A stretch of 64,000 bases of DNA from Minisyncoccota bacterium (GTDB lineage Bacteria > Patescibacteriota > Minisyncoccia > Phycocordibacterales > SW-6-46-9), in the NCBI GenBank assembly GCA_040905385.1, contig JBBDRP010000002.1:595403-659402 (forward strand). The letters are read 5' to 3'. The notes under the pieces are model-generated. The model had not been told where the DNA came from and searched no databases. It saw only the letters and a program-made list of their open reading frames with translations. The position numbers were made by a program, and so were the translations under genes. Within the stretch, counting starts at the first letter, position 1, and each line of letters opens with the position of its first letter. Below are positions 18,668 to 27,781 of this stretch, in pieces.

Positions 18668-19549
18668 CTACTCGTCCAAAGCCTTACGTGCCAGCAACGC
18701 ACTTTTCTCTTTATCCTTTATCTCCAGCATAATATCAACATCCAGTCTGGTCTCGCGAATAGTCCGTAAAAATTCACGAAAATGATTCACATCAATATGC
18801 GTACGGTGCTTTCCCTTTCGTTCCTCGGGCTCCTGATCACTGTAATCAATCATCGGAATTCCGTCCTCCTTCTTCCAGGTCTCAGCCACCTCCTGAAGGG
18901 CCGCTTTCTCGTCCTCACCCTCATGCAGGCAGGCGTGATGAAGATTATCAAAAATAATCGGTATGCCGATCTCTTTATGAATCTCCAGACAGTCAGCCAC
19001 CGAATAGGAAACGTCATCATTCTCTATCACGAGCCGGTCCTGGATACGCTCGGGCAGCTTCTGGTACTGGGAGATAAAACGCTCCATAGCAGCTGGCTTG
19101 TCACCATACACACCACCTACATGAATCTGAATCTTGTGTCGACCATCCAGACCGAGTGCGTCCAGAACATCAGCGTGGTACTCGAGATCAGCCACTGCCC
19201 GACCGACCACCTCCTCGTCCTTAGCATTCAGCAGCGTATACTGCCCCGGATGCATCGAGATACGCATATCAGACGCAGATATAATCTCCCTAAGCGTTGT
19301 AAATTTATCCCTAAAATACGTAGCAAAATCAAAATCATGCACAGGATGAGAGCCGAACGGAATCAAATCCGAGGTAATTCGAAAAAAGAGCAGGTCATGC
19401 TCAACATTCCAGAGGAGGATCTTCTCGAGACAGTCCAGATTTCCGGATATCTTTTCTATCAGATACTCCTGGGAGTAGTTAGCCAGCCGAAAGGTTCGGG
19501 ATGGCCGGCAGTCAAATGCGTCATGTATGCATGGATATCCTATCTTCAT
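18668..19549 (-). CDS. uvsE: UV DNA damage endonuclease
   Basis: 'MKIGYPCI', 'FFRITSDLIPFGSHP', 'RISMHPGQY', 'IHVGG', 'IENDD', 'IFDNLHH', 'MLEIKDKE'. Confidence 0.93.
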   Translation of the reverse strand: MKIGYPCIHDAFDCRPSRTFRLANYSQEYLIEKISGNLDCLEKILLWNVEHDLLFFRITSDLIPFGSHPVHDFDFATYFRDKFTTLREIISASDMRISMHPGQYTLLNAKDEEVVGRAVADLEYHADVLDALGLDGRHKIQIHVGGVYGDKPAAMERFISQYQKLPERIQDRLVIENDDVSYSVADCLEIHKEIGIPIIFDNLHHACLHEGEDEKAALQEVAETWKKEDGIPMIDYSDQEPEERKGKHRTHIDVNHFREFLRTIRETRLDVDIMLEIKDKEKSALLARKALDE

Positions 19550-19558
19550 AATAATTTT

Positions 19559-20122
19559 TTACTCCTCACAAACTGCCCACAACCCGGTCCCTTCCTGACG
19601 CGCCGCCTCTTCAGCAGCCCGGAAGCTCTCCTGTTTCTCGTAGCCGTCACCAACTGTAAGCTCGCGCGCATACCCCTCCTCCAGCAGCGTCTGATTGATA
19701 AGCTCGCCATCGAGATACACGTAGGCCAGTCGGCGATCATACTCATCAACCGACGGCTGGCGAGGATCTCCCACCAAGCGCACCGTCTCACCCTCCAGCT
19801 TCCCGACCAAGAAATCCCGTGCCTCCCAGCCGAAACACGCTGCCTCTGGCCGGCCGGAGGCCTCCCAATCAATCTCTGGGGTATCAATACCAATCAAGCG
19901 AACAAAGTCAGACCCAGTCGCCACATCAATATTAATCGTATCACCATCCGTAATACGCCACACCGTTGCTGTCGCCGAGGTGGTTGTTACTACCTCTTCA
20001 TTCGCGTGATCTGCATCAGTATACATCCATCCAAACAGATCCAGTCCCATACCAAGGACAAGCACGGCGGCCACAACCAGCGCACCGATGGCACTGACTA
20101 AGTTTTTCTGCTGTGAGTTCAT
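19559..20122 (-). CDS. Thermonuclease (staphylococcal nuclease family), membrane-anchored
   Basis: 'DGDTI', 'VRLIGIDTPE', 'DEYDRRLAYVY', 'N..LLEEGYA', 'GLW'. Confidence 0.92.
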   Translation of the reverse strand: MNSQQKNLVSAIGALVVAAVLVLGMGLDLFGWMYTDADHANEEVVTTTSATATVWRITDGDTINIDVATGSDFVRLIGIDTPEIDWEASGRPEAACFGWEARDFLVGKLEGETVRLVGDPRQPSVDEYDRRLAYVYLDGELINQTLLEEGYARELTVGDGYEKQESFRAAEEAARQEGTGLWAVCEE

Positions 20123-20131
20123 AGAAATCCT

Positions 20132-20434
20132 TTAACTATCCTCCTCATTATTACTGTCAGAAATCTCTTCACGGATCACCTCTGGATACTCGGGAAAGAA
20201 GGTTTGAATATCAGACAGCGCGAAGCTCGACATTATATCAGCCGAGGACTCGCGCTGCAGCAGGAAGGAGAAGCTTGCCCAGACAAATCTTTTGGGTGTT
20301 ACGGCTTCATCCGTAAGCTCCTGGTAATAATCTCGGGAAAGCGTCACAGTATGCTTCGTGCCGGCCGGCGTCTCGACTGCGAACTCCCATCCAGCATCGG
20401 TTTCCTTTTTATCTGTAATGGTGATTGGAGACAT
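20132..20434 (-). CDS. Conserved hypothetical protein
   Basis: 'TKHTVTL', 'SFSFLLQRES...I...F.L..I..FFPEY'; leaderless ATG 20434. Confidence 0.7.
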   Translation of the reverse strand: MSPITITDKKETDAGWEFAVETPAGTKHTVTLSRDYYQELTDEAVTPKRFVWASFSFLLQRESSADIMSSFALSDIQTFFPEYPEVIREEISDSNNEEDS

Positions 20435-20452
20435 CCCCTCTATTATTACATA

Positions 20453-20520
20453 CCCCAGTACCACGTCAGCTAAAGCTGTCGGCTACCTGTCAGCCGTCAG
20501 GAAGGCGAGGCAAGAAGTTT
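20453..20520 (+). repeat. Dispersed ~68 bp palindromic element, copy 2
   Basis: CCCCAGTACCACGTCAGCTAAAGCTGTCGGCTACCTGTCAGCCGTCAGGAAGGCG; matches 18327-18394 inverted. Confidence 0.8.
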
Positions 20521-20565
20521 CCACTAATCTCAGTAATAAGACTGAAGACGTGTTGGAAACATAAA

Positions 20566-21129
20566 TCATGTCAGTTCACGCAGCGTGCGGTGATGAATCT
20601 GGTAGTCAGGTAGTATATCCTCGACAGCTGTCCAGAAATCGGCCGAGTGATTCGGATGCATCAGATGACACAGCTCATGCACCACCAGATAATCCTGCAG
20701 CTCATCAGGGAGAAAGAGTATTTTGTAATTAAAGTGCAGGTTCTTTTTTCCTGTACAACTTCCCCAACGAGTCTTCATGCGTCGAACCCTCACCTCGTTG
20801 AAGGACAGTTGGAGATCCACATTCCAGTAGTCAACCTTCTGCCGGGCCTGCTGGCAGGCCAGATCTTTGTGCTCGTCGTAGTGAGCCTTGGTATCCGTGG
20901 CAATATCCGGATACTGCTCTCTAGTTCGCAGCAGCTGGCGCCATTTATCCTGTATCCAGTCAGACTTCTCCTGTAGAAATGCCTCTACAGCACGTTCGGT
21001 CGTACCGGCCGGAACGGTCAGTGTAATCTCACCACCAGCCAGCGTCAGCCGGAGTCGTTTTGCTCGACTACTATCCCGGCGCTTTATGGTCGCCACGTCA
21101 CCGTTTGAGAGTGTACATTGATAGCTCAT
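20566..21129 (-). CDS. YgjP/DUF45 family zinc metalloprotein
   Basis: 'RRMKTRWGSC', 'YLVVHELCHL.H.NHS..FW'. Confidence 0.9.
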   Translation of the reverse strand: MSYQCTLSNGDVATIKRRDSSRAKRLRLTLAGGEITLTVPAGTTERAVEAFLQEKSDWIQDKWRQLLRTREQYPDIATDTKAHYDEHKDLACQQARQKVDYWNVDLQLSFNEVRVRRMKTRWGSCTGKKNLHFNYKILFLPDELQDYLVVHELCHLMHPNHSADFWTAVEDILPDYQIHHRTLRELT

Positions 21130-21193
21130 AGATTAGATTCCAGGCTGTAAATAATTACATCATACCAGCTGCCAATACGCAGAGACTGGTAAT

Positions 21194-21223
21194 AAAAAAC
21201 CCGCTCAAGCAAGCAGGTTTTTT
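21194..21223. terminator. Intrinsic terminator hairpin
   Basis: AAAAAACCCGCT-CAAGCA-AGCAGGTTTTTT. Confidence 0.65.
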
Positions 21224-21243
21224 ATCTTCGTATTATAAGCTTT

Positions 21244-21360
21244 TTAAAGACTTACCTTTCCGGCACCACCGCCACCACTGTGCTCACCGATAGAACTGAG
21301 AATCCCTCGAATGGTATCGCTGTCTGGCGTAGAGCTCAGGAAGCTGTACCACGGGTGATA
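21244..21360 (-). pseudogene. 3' remnant of a paralog of 48747..49706
   Basis: Translates YHPWYSFLSSTPDSDTIRGILSSIGEHSGGGGAGKVSL*; PWYSFL shared with 48747..49706; no ATG; TGCTACTATA box upstream as in the intact gene. Confidence 0.6.
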
Positions 21361-21472
21361 AATTTATTTATACCTACAGCTATAGTAGCATGATTTAAAG
21401 ATAGAAATCAGACAACTGTGGAAAGAAAAAAGCCAATCCGAGTAACGGATTGGCTTGAAGAGAGGATGAGGA

Positions 21473-21835
21473 TTAATTTTTCATCATACACTTAAAAGAC
21501 CTAAATAATTCATCCATTTTTTCATTATATGGACTTTCTGCATCTAGCAGTCGAGCCGACATCGCTTGAAGCTTTTCAGTATCAGGATGAATGATGCCTA
21601 TTCCTTCTTGATCAGCTACGCCGTCCCCATCAGTATCTCGATAGTAGAAAGCGTTATCGAAACTTATAACAACCAGAATTTCTTGGTTATCAGGATTTTC
21701 AAAATACACATTGGTTACAATCAGAGATTCTGGTGAATCAAGTAGTCTATCGTTTGTGGGAATTTGCGCTGATACAACTTGCGCTGATACAATAATAAAT
21801 ACCGTAATGACTATCGTTACATATCGTGAAATCAT
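21473..21835 (-). CDS. Hypothetical secreted protein
   Basis: Signal peptide, DTDGDG motif; hairpin at 21430-21456 downstream. Confidence 0.6.
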   Translation of the reverse strand: MISRYVTIVITVFIIVSAQVVSAQIPTNDRLLDSPESLIVTNVYFENPDNQEILVVISFDNAFYYRDTDGDGVADQEGIGIIHPDTEKLQAMSARLLDAESPYNEKMDELFRSFKCMMKN

Positions 21836-21982
21836 GCGACTCCTTTTTTAAAGTGAATGTTCGTGAATATCTATCTATATTTTAGTACTTTCAATAGTTT
21901 TGTCAAGTAATACGACGGCTCATTTCCATAACAAAACCCAGCAGAAGCCGGGTTTTTTGAGCATTTTTGTTAGGAAGTTTTC

Positions 21983-22582
21983 TTACTCCTCCTCTATAGA
22001 TGTAGTCGCACCTCCCTCTACCTCCACCTCAGCAGTGGATTCAGTCTCAGTTGAGGTTGCATCGTCATCCGATGTAGTAGCTGTCTGGTCGGTTGATGTT
22101 GTGGCCGTATCGTCCGTTTCGTTATCAGTTCCTTCCTCTGCGGTGAAGACCACCTCGATACTGTCACCATCGCGCCACTCGTAAAGAAAGCCTGCTTCTT
22201 CCCCATTGACCAGTACGGTAGTTTCGTATCCATCACGCTCAGTATCCTCACCCCAGACCGCAAAGAAATCAGCAAGTGTCAAAACAGTACTGCGGTTTGT
22301 GGATTCGATATGAATTTGTCCAGATGTGTTATGCGTGTGCACCTCGGCCATACACGAATGACTGATACCAGTATTGGCCGGAATGATCTGCTGCTGTCCG
22401 TCAACCAACACTTTAAGGTCAGCATGAATATGAAAGGCCAGGCTTTGGTGCCCACCCGGAATACAGGAGATATCCGTATCCTCCCAGTTACTTGCATTAC
22501 TGGACTGACTTCCCCAGAACATCAAACCGACGAGGCCAACAATCACAACCGTCCAGATAATTTTTGTCTTATGCTTCTTCAT
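21983..22582 (-). CDS. Membrane-anchored His-rich putative metal-binding protein
   Basis: 'FHIHADL', 'IPANTGI..SC..EVHTHNTSGQIHIES'; acidic tail. Confidence 0.75.
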   Translation of the reverse strand: MKKHKTKIIWTVVIVGLVGLMFWGSQSSNASNWEDTDISCIPGGHQSLAFHIHADLKVLVDGQQQIIPANTGISHSCMAEVHTHNTSGQIHIESTNRSTVLTLADFFAVWGEDTERDGYETTVLVNGEEAGFLYEWRDGDSIEVVFTAEEGTDNETDDTATTSTDQTATTSDDDATSTETESTAEVEVEGGATTSIEEE

Positions 22583-22650
22583 AGTAATTCGTGGTAATTT
22601 AATTTACTAATTACGCCTGGGTATTATAACAAATACTTCCCATTGTATTT

Positions 22651-23415
22651 CTAGAGATAATCAAGCAGTCCTTCGTAGTTGATAAAGTCGAGCCACTCGT
22701 AACCGTACTGAATCGTTAGTCCAAAATTATTTGTAACCAGAAGCAGCCCAAGCAGGATCAGGAAAACACCGCCAATGATTGAAATCCACTTTAAGTGCTT
22801 GGAAATCTTATCGATGTAAACCGTCGCCTTCGAGAAAGCGGCCGCAATAAGGAGAAACGGAATCGCTAAACCAAGCGAGAATATTGCTAGCATCAGCCCA
22901 CCCTGCATAACCGTACCCGACGTACCAGCCAGCAGTAAAATTGATCCCAGAATTGGGCCAACACACGGCGTCCACCCAACTGCAAACGTCCCTCCAATAA
23001 ACAATGAGCTGGATGGCTTCCCAAGTGTCAGCCAGCTTGGAATCGGAATCCGCTTATCCGTCTGAAAAAAGGAAATCTTGAAAAATCCCAGCATGTAGAG
23101 CCCAAAGATAATCACCAGCACACCACCGATGCGTGACATCCATATCTGATACGGCGCCAGAGCAGTACCAGCCAGCCCGGCCAGCATTCCGAAAGCGATA
23201 AACACGAGCGAGAACCCCCCGATAAACGCCAGGCCGTTAAGGAATATTCGCCTTCGTGCCGCGGTGGCTGTCGCTGGGTCCTTCAGCTTCTCCTGATCTA
23301 CACCACTGATAAAACCAAGATAGGCCGGTACCAGCGGCAGTGTACACGGCGCCAGAAAGGTAAGAATTCCGGCGATAAAGGCTGATATTGCAAGACCGAT
23401 ACTTACTTCAATCAT
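22651..23415 (-). CDS. ccdA: CcdA/DsbD-beta family thiol-disulfide transporter
   Basis: 'FLAPCTLPLVPAYL', 'GWTPCVGPILGSIL'. Confidence 0.9.
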   Translation of the reverse strand: MIEVSIGLAISAFIAGILTFLAPCTLPLVPAYLGFISGVDQEKLKDPATATAARRRIFLNGLAFIGGFSLVFIAFGMLAGLAGTALAPYQIWMSRIGGVLVIIFGLYMLGFFKISFFQTDKRIPIPSWLTLGKPSSSLFIGGTFAVGWTPCVGPILGSILLLAGTSGTVMQGGLMLAIFSLGLAIPFLLIAAAFSKATVYIDKISKHLKWISIIGGVFLILLGLLLVTNNFGLTIQYGYEWLDFINYEGLLDYL

Positions 23416-23425
23416 AAATTATTAT

Positions 23426-23950
23426 TTAGTTACGGATAATCTTCTCTACATGCTCCTGCATTTCATCCAGCTCCATTGGACCACGTTTATGCACCACAAT
23501 CTCACCAGCCGCATTCACAAAGATGGTCTCCGGCATCGAGAAACCACCAATCTTCTGATAGAAAGTATCACTATCATCAAGCAGGAAAAGCATCCTATCG
23601 GTTACATCAATCTCATCGGTATACCCCTCCGCACGCTCGCGCGATTCGCGTCTGTCAATCGCCATTACCACAACGTCCTGAGCCTCATACTGCTGCTGCA
23701 GTCGCGCAAAATCAGGCAGCTCCGCCCGGCAGAAAGGACACCAGGTCGCCCAGCTGTTTATCACCAACGGCTGTCCATGAAACTCCTCCAGCGTTCGCTC
23801 ATTCCCCTCGTAATCAAGAAGTGTAATATCAGCGAAGACATCAAAATCACTACCACTATCCGATTCAGTAGATGGCCCGGAAAGGACAATGAATCCAATC
23901 AGGACGGCTCCACCAACAGCAATAAGTGTGTAAATGAGAGATTTGTTCAT
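23426..23950 (-). CDS. TlpA/ResA-like thiol-disulfide oxidoreductase
   Basis: TM anchor; 'INSWATWCPFCRAELP', 'MPETIFV'. Confidence 0.9.
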   Translation of the reverse strand: MNKSLIYTLIAVGGAVLIGFIVLSGPSTESDSGSDFDVFADITLLDYEGNERTLEEFHGQPLVINSWATWCPFCRAELPDFARLQQQYEAQDVVVMAIDRRESRERAEGYTDEIDVTDRMLFLLDDSDTFYQKIGGFSMPETIFVNAAGEIVVHKRGPMELDEMQEHVEKIIRN

Positions 23951-23955
23951 AGAAG

Positions 23956-24684
23956 TTAATTATTACGAGCGTACTCCACCACAGTAGTAACCTGATCATA
24001 CGGCAGCGCCCCACTAAACGGAATAATATTCCCTTCTGGAGTCAGCACCACAACAAAGGGCGTTCCACGGCCGCCGAGTGATGTCACTTCATCCAGATCA
24101 TCCTGCACCGCTTGTGCTACCTCGCCATCTTCTAGACAAGAGGCAAAGGCGTCCAGAGAAATATCAGCAGTGACGGCCTGAGACGCAAAGAAGGACTCAC
24201 CAATCCCGCGCTGGTTAGCAAAGGATGCATCAGCAAAGTTCCAGAATGAATCATTATCACTCAAGAGGGCAATACACTCAGAAGCGACAGCAGCGGAAAA
24301 AGCATTGGAGTGTGAGCTAAGCGGAAAATGTCGATACGTCCAAGCAACATCATCTGTCTCTTCAGTGATTCGCGACAGCGTCGGATGTAGTCGCCCACAA
24401 AACGGACACTCGAAATCACTATACTCGACAATCATTACCGGCGCATCGGCGTCACCACGAATGTGGTCATCGGCGACTGTTGGCATCCGGAACCAGTCCG
24501 GAATCGGCTGGTCCAGCGGCTCATCCGCTGCTGCCTGCTGAGACTGGTCATTCATCTGACCCTGGTGGTCACTACCAGCTACCGTCTTGTCTCCACCAGA
24601 AAAGAGCAACGCTGAGCCAATTAATCCGCCGGCTACGATAACCGCTGCTGCAATAATGTAGTTGTTTGTCGAATTATTTTCCAT
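23956..24684 (-). CDS. DsbA/BdbD-like thioredoxin-fold protein
   Basis: 'DHIRG...APVMIVEYSDFECPFC', 'YRHFPL', 'GTPF', 'GALPY'. Confidence 0.9.
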   Translation of the reverse strand: MENNSTNNYIIAAAVIVAGGLIGSALLFSGGDKTVAGSDHQGQMNDQSQQAAADEPLDQPIPDWFRMPTVADDHIRGDADAPVMIVEYSDFECPFCGRLHPTLSRITEETDDVAWTYRHFPLSSHSNAFSAAVASECIALLSDNDSFWNFADASFANQRGIGESFFASQAVTADISLDAFASCLEDGEVAQAVQDDLDEVTSLGGRGTPFVVVLTPEGNIIPFSGALPYDQVTTVVEYARNN

Positions 24685-24686
24685 AC

Positions 24687-24923
24687 TTAGGCAATTTCAA
24701 GCAGCGACTTCAGCTTCGCCTCATTAAATCCAATTACCATTTCTTCATCTACAAAGATAACCGGTACACCTGTCTGCTCGCTACGATCAAGCATCTCCTG
24801 ACGCTTCTTGACATCCTCAGCCACATTGTGATCTGTATACTCGATATCGTTATCTGTAAAAAACTTCTTGGCGTGCTGACAATGAATACAACCTGGTGTT
24901 GAATAAATTTCCACTTTTTTCAT
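24687..24923 (-). CDS. Glutaredoxin-like protein (NrdH/YruB type)
   Basis: 'IYSTPGCIHC', 'GVPVI', 'IGFN'; ATG 24923. Confidence 0.9.
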   Translation of the reverse strand: MKKVEIYSTPGCIHCQHAKKFFTDNDIEYTDHNVAEDVKKRQEMLDRSEQTGVPVIFVDEEMVIGFNEAKLKSLLEIA

Positions 24924-24955
24924 AATAGTTTTAATTAAGACTTTTAAGTAATTTT

Positions 24956-25990
24956 CTATTGGTACAGCTCGCTTTCCGGGTGCACGGCTACCCAAGAAAA
25001 CCAGAAGCCCGGGATTGACGACAGTGACTCGCCGTCAGCCGAGAAGGACACCTCGCCAATATCACTCTTGGTGATGGTAATCTCGCTGCCAGCAAACTGA
25101 TCAATAGTGGTTCCTACCGCCAGCGCATCGTGATGGTACGCCTTAAACTGACCATCAATCTCTACACCGTGAACAAGATCCTTGGGATGCAGACGATCAT
25201 CGGTAAATTCAGCCCCAAAGGAAACCGAATCACTGCTGTAGTAACCACCGTACGGATCACGACCGTAATTTCGTGAGGCTCCAGTATCGCGCGACAGCAC
25301 CGTTGTGTCTGGATTTCTCTCTATCCAGTCACCAAACTGAACAATGTCTGATCGTATAATTGGTAGCCGCTCGCCGGTATTTGGTCCTACCACTGCCTCG
25401 CCCAGTACCTGCGACCACAGCGACTCTTCATCTTCGCTGTCAGCTCGGTTGTACATCAGAAGATTCGACTGCCACAACCGACCAGAGACGCCGAACTCCT
25501 GCACCTCACCGGCAACCTTACGTTCAAACACAATTCCGGTGGCACACAGCGGACAGTACGTTACCATGACCGGCTCACCGGCCAGCGTATCGTTGACAAT
25601 CTCATGCCAGACAAGAATCTTGTATGGGTAAAAGCGGCTCTCTCCCTCTATCGTTAATCCTAAACCGATGTCATCAGCGACCAGAAAGTCTGCTTCGTCT
25701 GGCGAGATAAACTTCGGATCATCAATTGACGGGATACCGTCCTTTCCGGGACCACCAGAAAGGATTTCATCAAGCGGAATCGAGTGGCGAGTTCCGTCGG
25801 TAATCCGAATGTCTCGCCCTCCGCCGACAGAAGCAGTCTGCTCAAAAGTTGATTCCACGTCTTCATCCGAAGTCTCCTCTACCGAGACCGACTCACCAGA
25901 CGGCAGCGGAAAATCGGCACGCTGGAGATACCAAGCGGCAGCAACAGCCGCCAGAAGAAGGACAATTACCACAATGTAAGATACTTTCAT
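24956..25990 (-). CDS. DUF3179 domain protein
   Basis: 'GGPGKDGIPSIDDP', 'WHEIVND', 'TYCPLC', 'FGVSGRLWQSNLLMY', 'FWFSWVAVHP'. Confidence 0.88.
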   Translation of the reverse strand: MKVSYIVVIVLLLAAVAAAWYLQRADFPLPSGESVSVEETSDEDVESTFEQTASVGGGRDIRITDGTRHSIPLDEILSGGPGKDGIPSIDDPKFISPDEADFLVADDIGLGLTIEGESRFYPYKILVWHEIVNDTLAGEPVMVTYCPLCATGIVFERKVAGEVQEFGVSGRLWQSNLLMYNRADSEDEESLWSQVLGEAVVGPNTGERLPIIRSDIVQFGDWIERNPDTTVLSRDTGASRNYGRDPYGGYYSSDSVSFGAEFTDDRLHPKDLVHGVEIDGQFKAYHHDALAVGTTIDQFAGSEITITKSDIGEVSFSADGESLSSIPGFWFSWVAVHPESELYQ

Positions 25991-25997
25991 GGCCAGA

Positions 25998-26303
25998 TTA
26001 TTCTAATGAATTAATTACGTGAGCAATTTTGTCCGTAAGGCTGGTATCTGTCGGTACATAACACTTCGTTCGCCCATCACGGACCCCTCTAACGACACCA
26101 TATGCCTCCAAATTTGCCAACTGATGTGAGGTGGCCGACTGCGAGATACCAACCGCCTGAGACAACTCATACACACACAGATCCTCATCTGCATTAAGAA
26201 GAAGCTGCATAATCGCAAAGCGATTTTTATTATTCAGTATCTTTAGTACCACTGCTGCCTCCTTGCCAACACCGGTGGTTGTGTTATATGATGATGTTGT
26301 CAT
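25998..26303 (-). CDS. ArsR/SmtB family transcriptional regulator
   Basis: 'R..I..LL....LCVYELSQAVGISQSATSHQL..L...GVV...RDG'. Confidence 0.9.
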   Translation of the reverse strand: MTTSSYNTTTGVGKEAAVVLKILNNKNRFAIMQLLLNADEDLCVYELSQAVGISQSATSHQLANLEAYGVVRGVRDGRTKCYVPTDTSLTDKIAHVINSLE

Positions 26304-26384
26304 ATATTCATATGTTATCCGTAAGGTAATGTATTGTCAAATATCTTGTGCTGATATGATGTATACAAGTTAAAAAAAATAATT

Positions 26385-27152
26385 ATGAAAATTTTTACCA
26401 ACGTACAGAAAACACAAAAAGAGCAGTCGAAGGGTGATATCGTGCTCGTTCACGGGTCCTGGGGCTCATCGGAGATGTGGATGACGTACATAAAGCAGCT
26501 AGCTGAAAAAGGCTGGAATGTGTACGCCCCGGATCTTCGCGGTCACGGAAAAAGTGACGGACAAATTGCTGGCACAACCATGGATGATTATGTCGAGGAT
26601 ATCCACACCAGTGTCACCGACCATGATCTAGAAAATCCGGTGGTGATTGGCCACTCCATGGGTGGATTGGTCGCACTCATGTACGCCAGAGACCATAATC
26701 CCGCTGCCGTTGTTGCTATCGACCCCAGCCCAACTGTGGAGGTGCAAGGAAGCGCCGAAAAGTCATACCCGGACGAGTACACAGCAGTCGATGCGGGGAT
26801 GCCAACGGATCCACAAGCCGTCATGCAGGCCTTTCCGGACATTTCCCAAGACATGCTTATGAAGCTCAAGAATATGCTCGGCCCTGAATCTGGAGCCGCC
26901 CGCACCCAGCGCAAACGCGGTATCTCCGTTACCAAAGAGGAGCTATCGATGCCCACACTGTTTGTCGGTGGTGAGCTCGGAGAATCCGTTGATTTTGGCA
27001 TCGGTATTCAGACCGCTACCGAGATGGCCGACTACTACGAAAAGGATGTGATCGAGATAGCCGGTGCGTCACACCCCGGAATCCTGGTCGGTGAAAACGC
27101 TCCTGCAGCAGTCAAGAAGATTGATGAGTGGCTTACTCGTAACCTTAACTAA
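26385..27152 (+). CDS. Alpha/beta hydrolase
   Basis: 'LVHG', 'DLRGHG.S', nucleophile 'GHSMGG', C-terminal 'GASH'. Confidence 0.9.
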   Translation: MKIFTNVQKTQKEQSKGDIVLVHGSWGSSEMWMTYIKQLAEKGWNVYAPDLRGHGKSDGQIAGTTMDDYVEDIHTSVTDHDLENPVVIGHSMGGLVALMYARDHNPAAVVAIDPSPTVEVQGSAEKSYPDEYTAVDAGMPTDPQAVMQAFPDISQDMLMKLKNMLGPESGAARTQRKRGISVTKEELSMPTLFVGGELGESVDFGIGIQTATEMADYYEKDVIEIAGASHPGILVGENAPAAVKKIDEWLTRNLN

Positions 27153-27155
27153 TCT

Positions 27156-27554
27156 ATGTTTGACCTTATCCCTCTTGCCTCATTTACGGATACTATCCTG
27201 CTCTTGCTTCGAGTTATTGCCGGTAGTGTGATGATCTACTACGGCTGGCCAAAGATAAAGGACCTACGAAAAAATACCAAGGACTTCGAAGAGATGGGCT
27301 TCAAGCCCGGCTGGCTGCACGGCAGTATCGTTGCCGCCGTGGAGTTTCTCGGTGGTCTGGGAATCCTGCTTGGCATCCTCACTTGGATTCCGGCGGCAGC
27401 GTTTGGGTTCGAGATGCTGCTTGGTGCCGGCTGGAAGATTACAAAAACCGACAAACCCTTTACCGACTGGTCGTATGACCTGCTGCTACTTGCATTGATG
27501 CTGGTACTACTTGCCTTTGGTCCGGGCGCTTACGCAGTTAACGCACTAATATAA
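27156..27554 (+). CDS. DoxX family membrane protein
   Basis: 'LLLLRV..G..MIYYGWPKI', 'VEFLGGL.ILLG', 'GPGAYAV'. Confidence 0.88.
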   Translation: MFDLIPLASFTDTILLLLRVIAGSVMIYYGWPKIKDLRKNTKDFEEMGFKPGWLHGSIVAAVEFLGGLGILLGILTWIPAAAFGFEMLLGAGWKITKTDKPFTDWSYDLLLLALMLVLLAFGPGAYAVNALI

Positions 27555-27558
27555 CGCT

Positions 27559-27720
27559 ATGAATATATCTAAAGATGAACTTGTCAGACTTCTTCAAAAG
27601 GCTCAGGGGGCTCATCACGAGTACGAAAAAACCCTGGATAAACCAGATGATGATTGGGCTAGTTGGTACGCCAACTACATCGAGGATCACGTCGCTACCG
27701 ACGAAGGAAGCTGCTGCTAA
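27559..27720 (+). CDS. Small protein (53 aa) ending in Cys-Cys, absent from ORF track
   Basis: MNISKDELVRLLQKAQGAHHEYEKTLDKPDDDWASWYANYIEDHVATDEGSCC; starts 4 nt after the DoxX stop. Confidence 0.7.
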   Translation: MNISKDELVRLLQKAQGAHHEYEKTLDKPDDDWASWYANYIEDHVATDEGSCC

Positions 27721-27781
27721 AGACCGTATGGAGACAGAAGCGTTATAATACCAATCAGAGGTGCAAAATAGGATAAGATTT

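Noticed and set aside
19546-19893. 115-aa Arg-rich ORF
   Set aside because: Alternative frame inside the thermonuclease gene
18782-20101. 439-aa plus-strand ORF
   Set aside because: Antisense shadow of uvsE and the thermonuclease; no motifs
21156-21173. Minus-strand 'AAGMM*' resembling a GroEL tail
   Set aside because: Too short; better explained as the TGGTATGAT -10 box of 20566..21129
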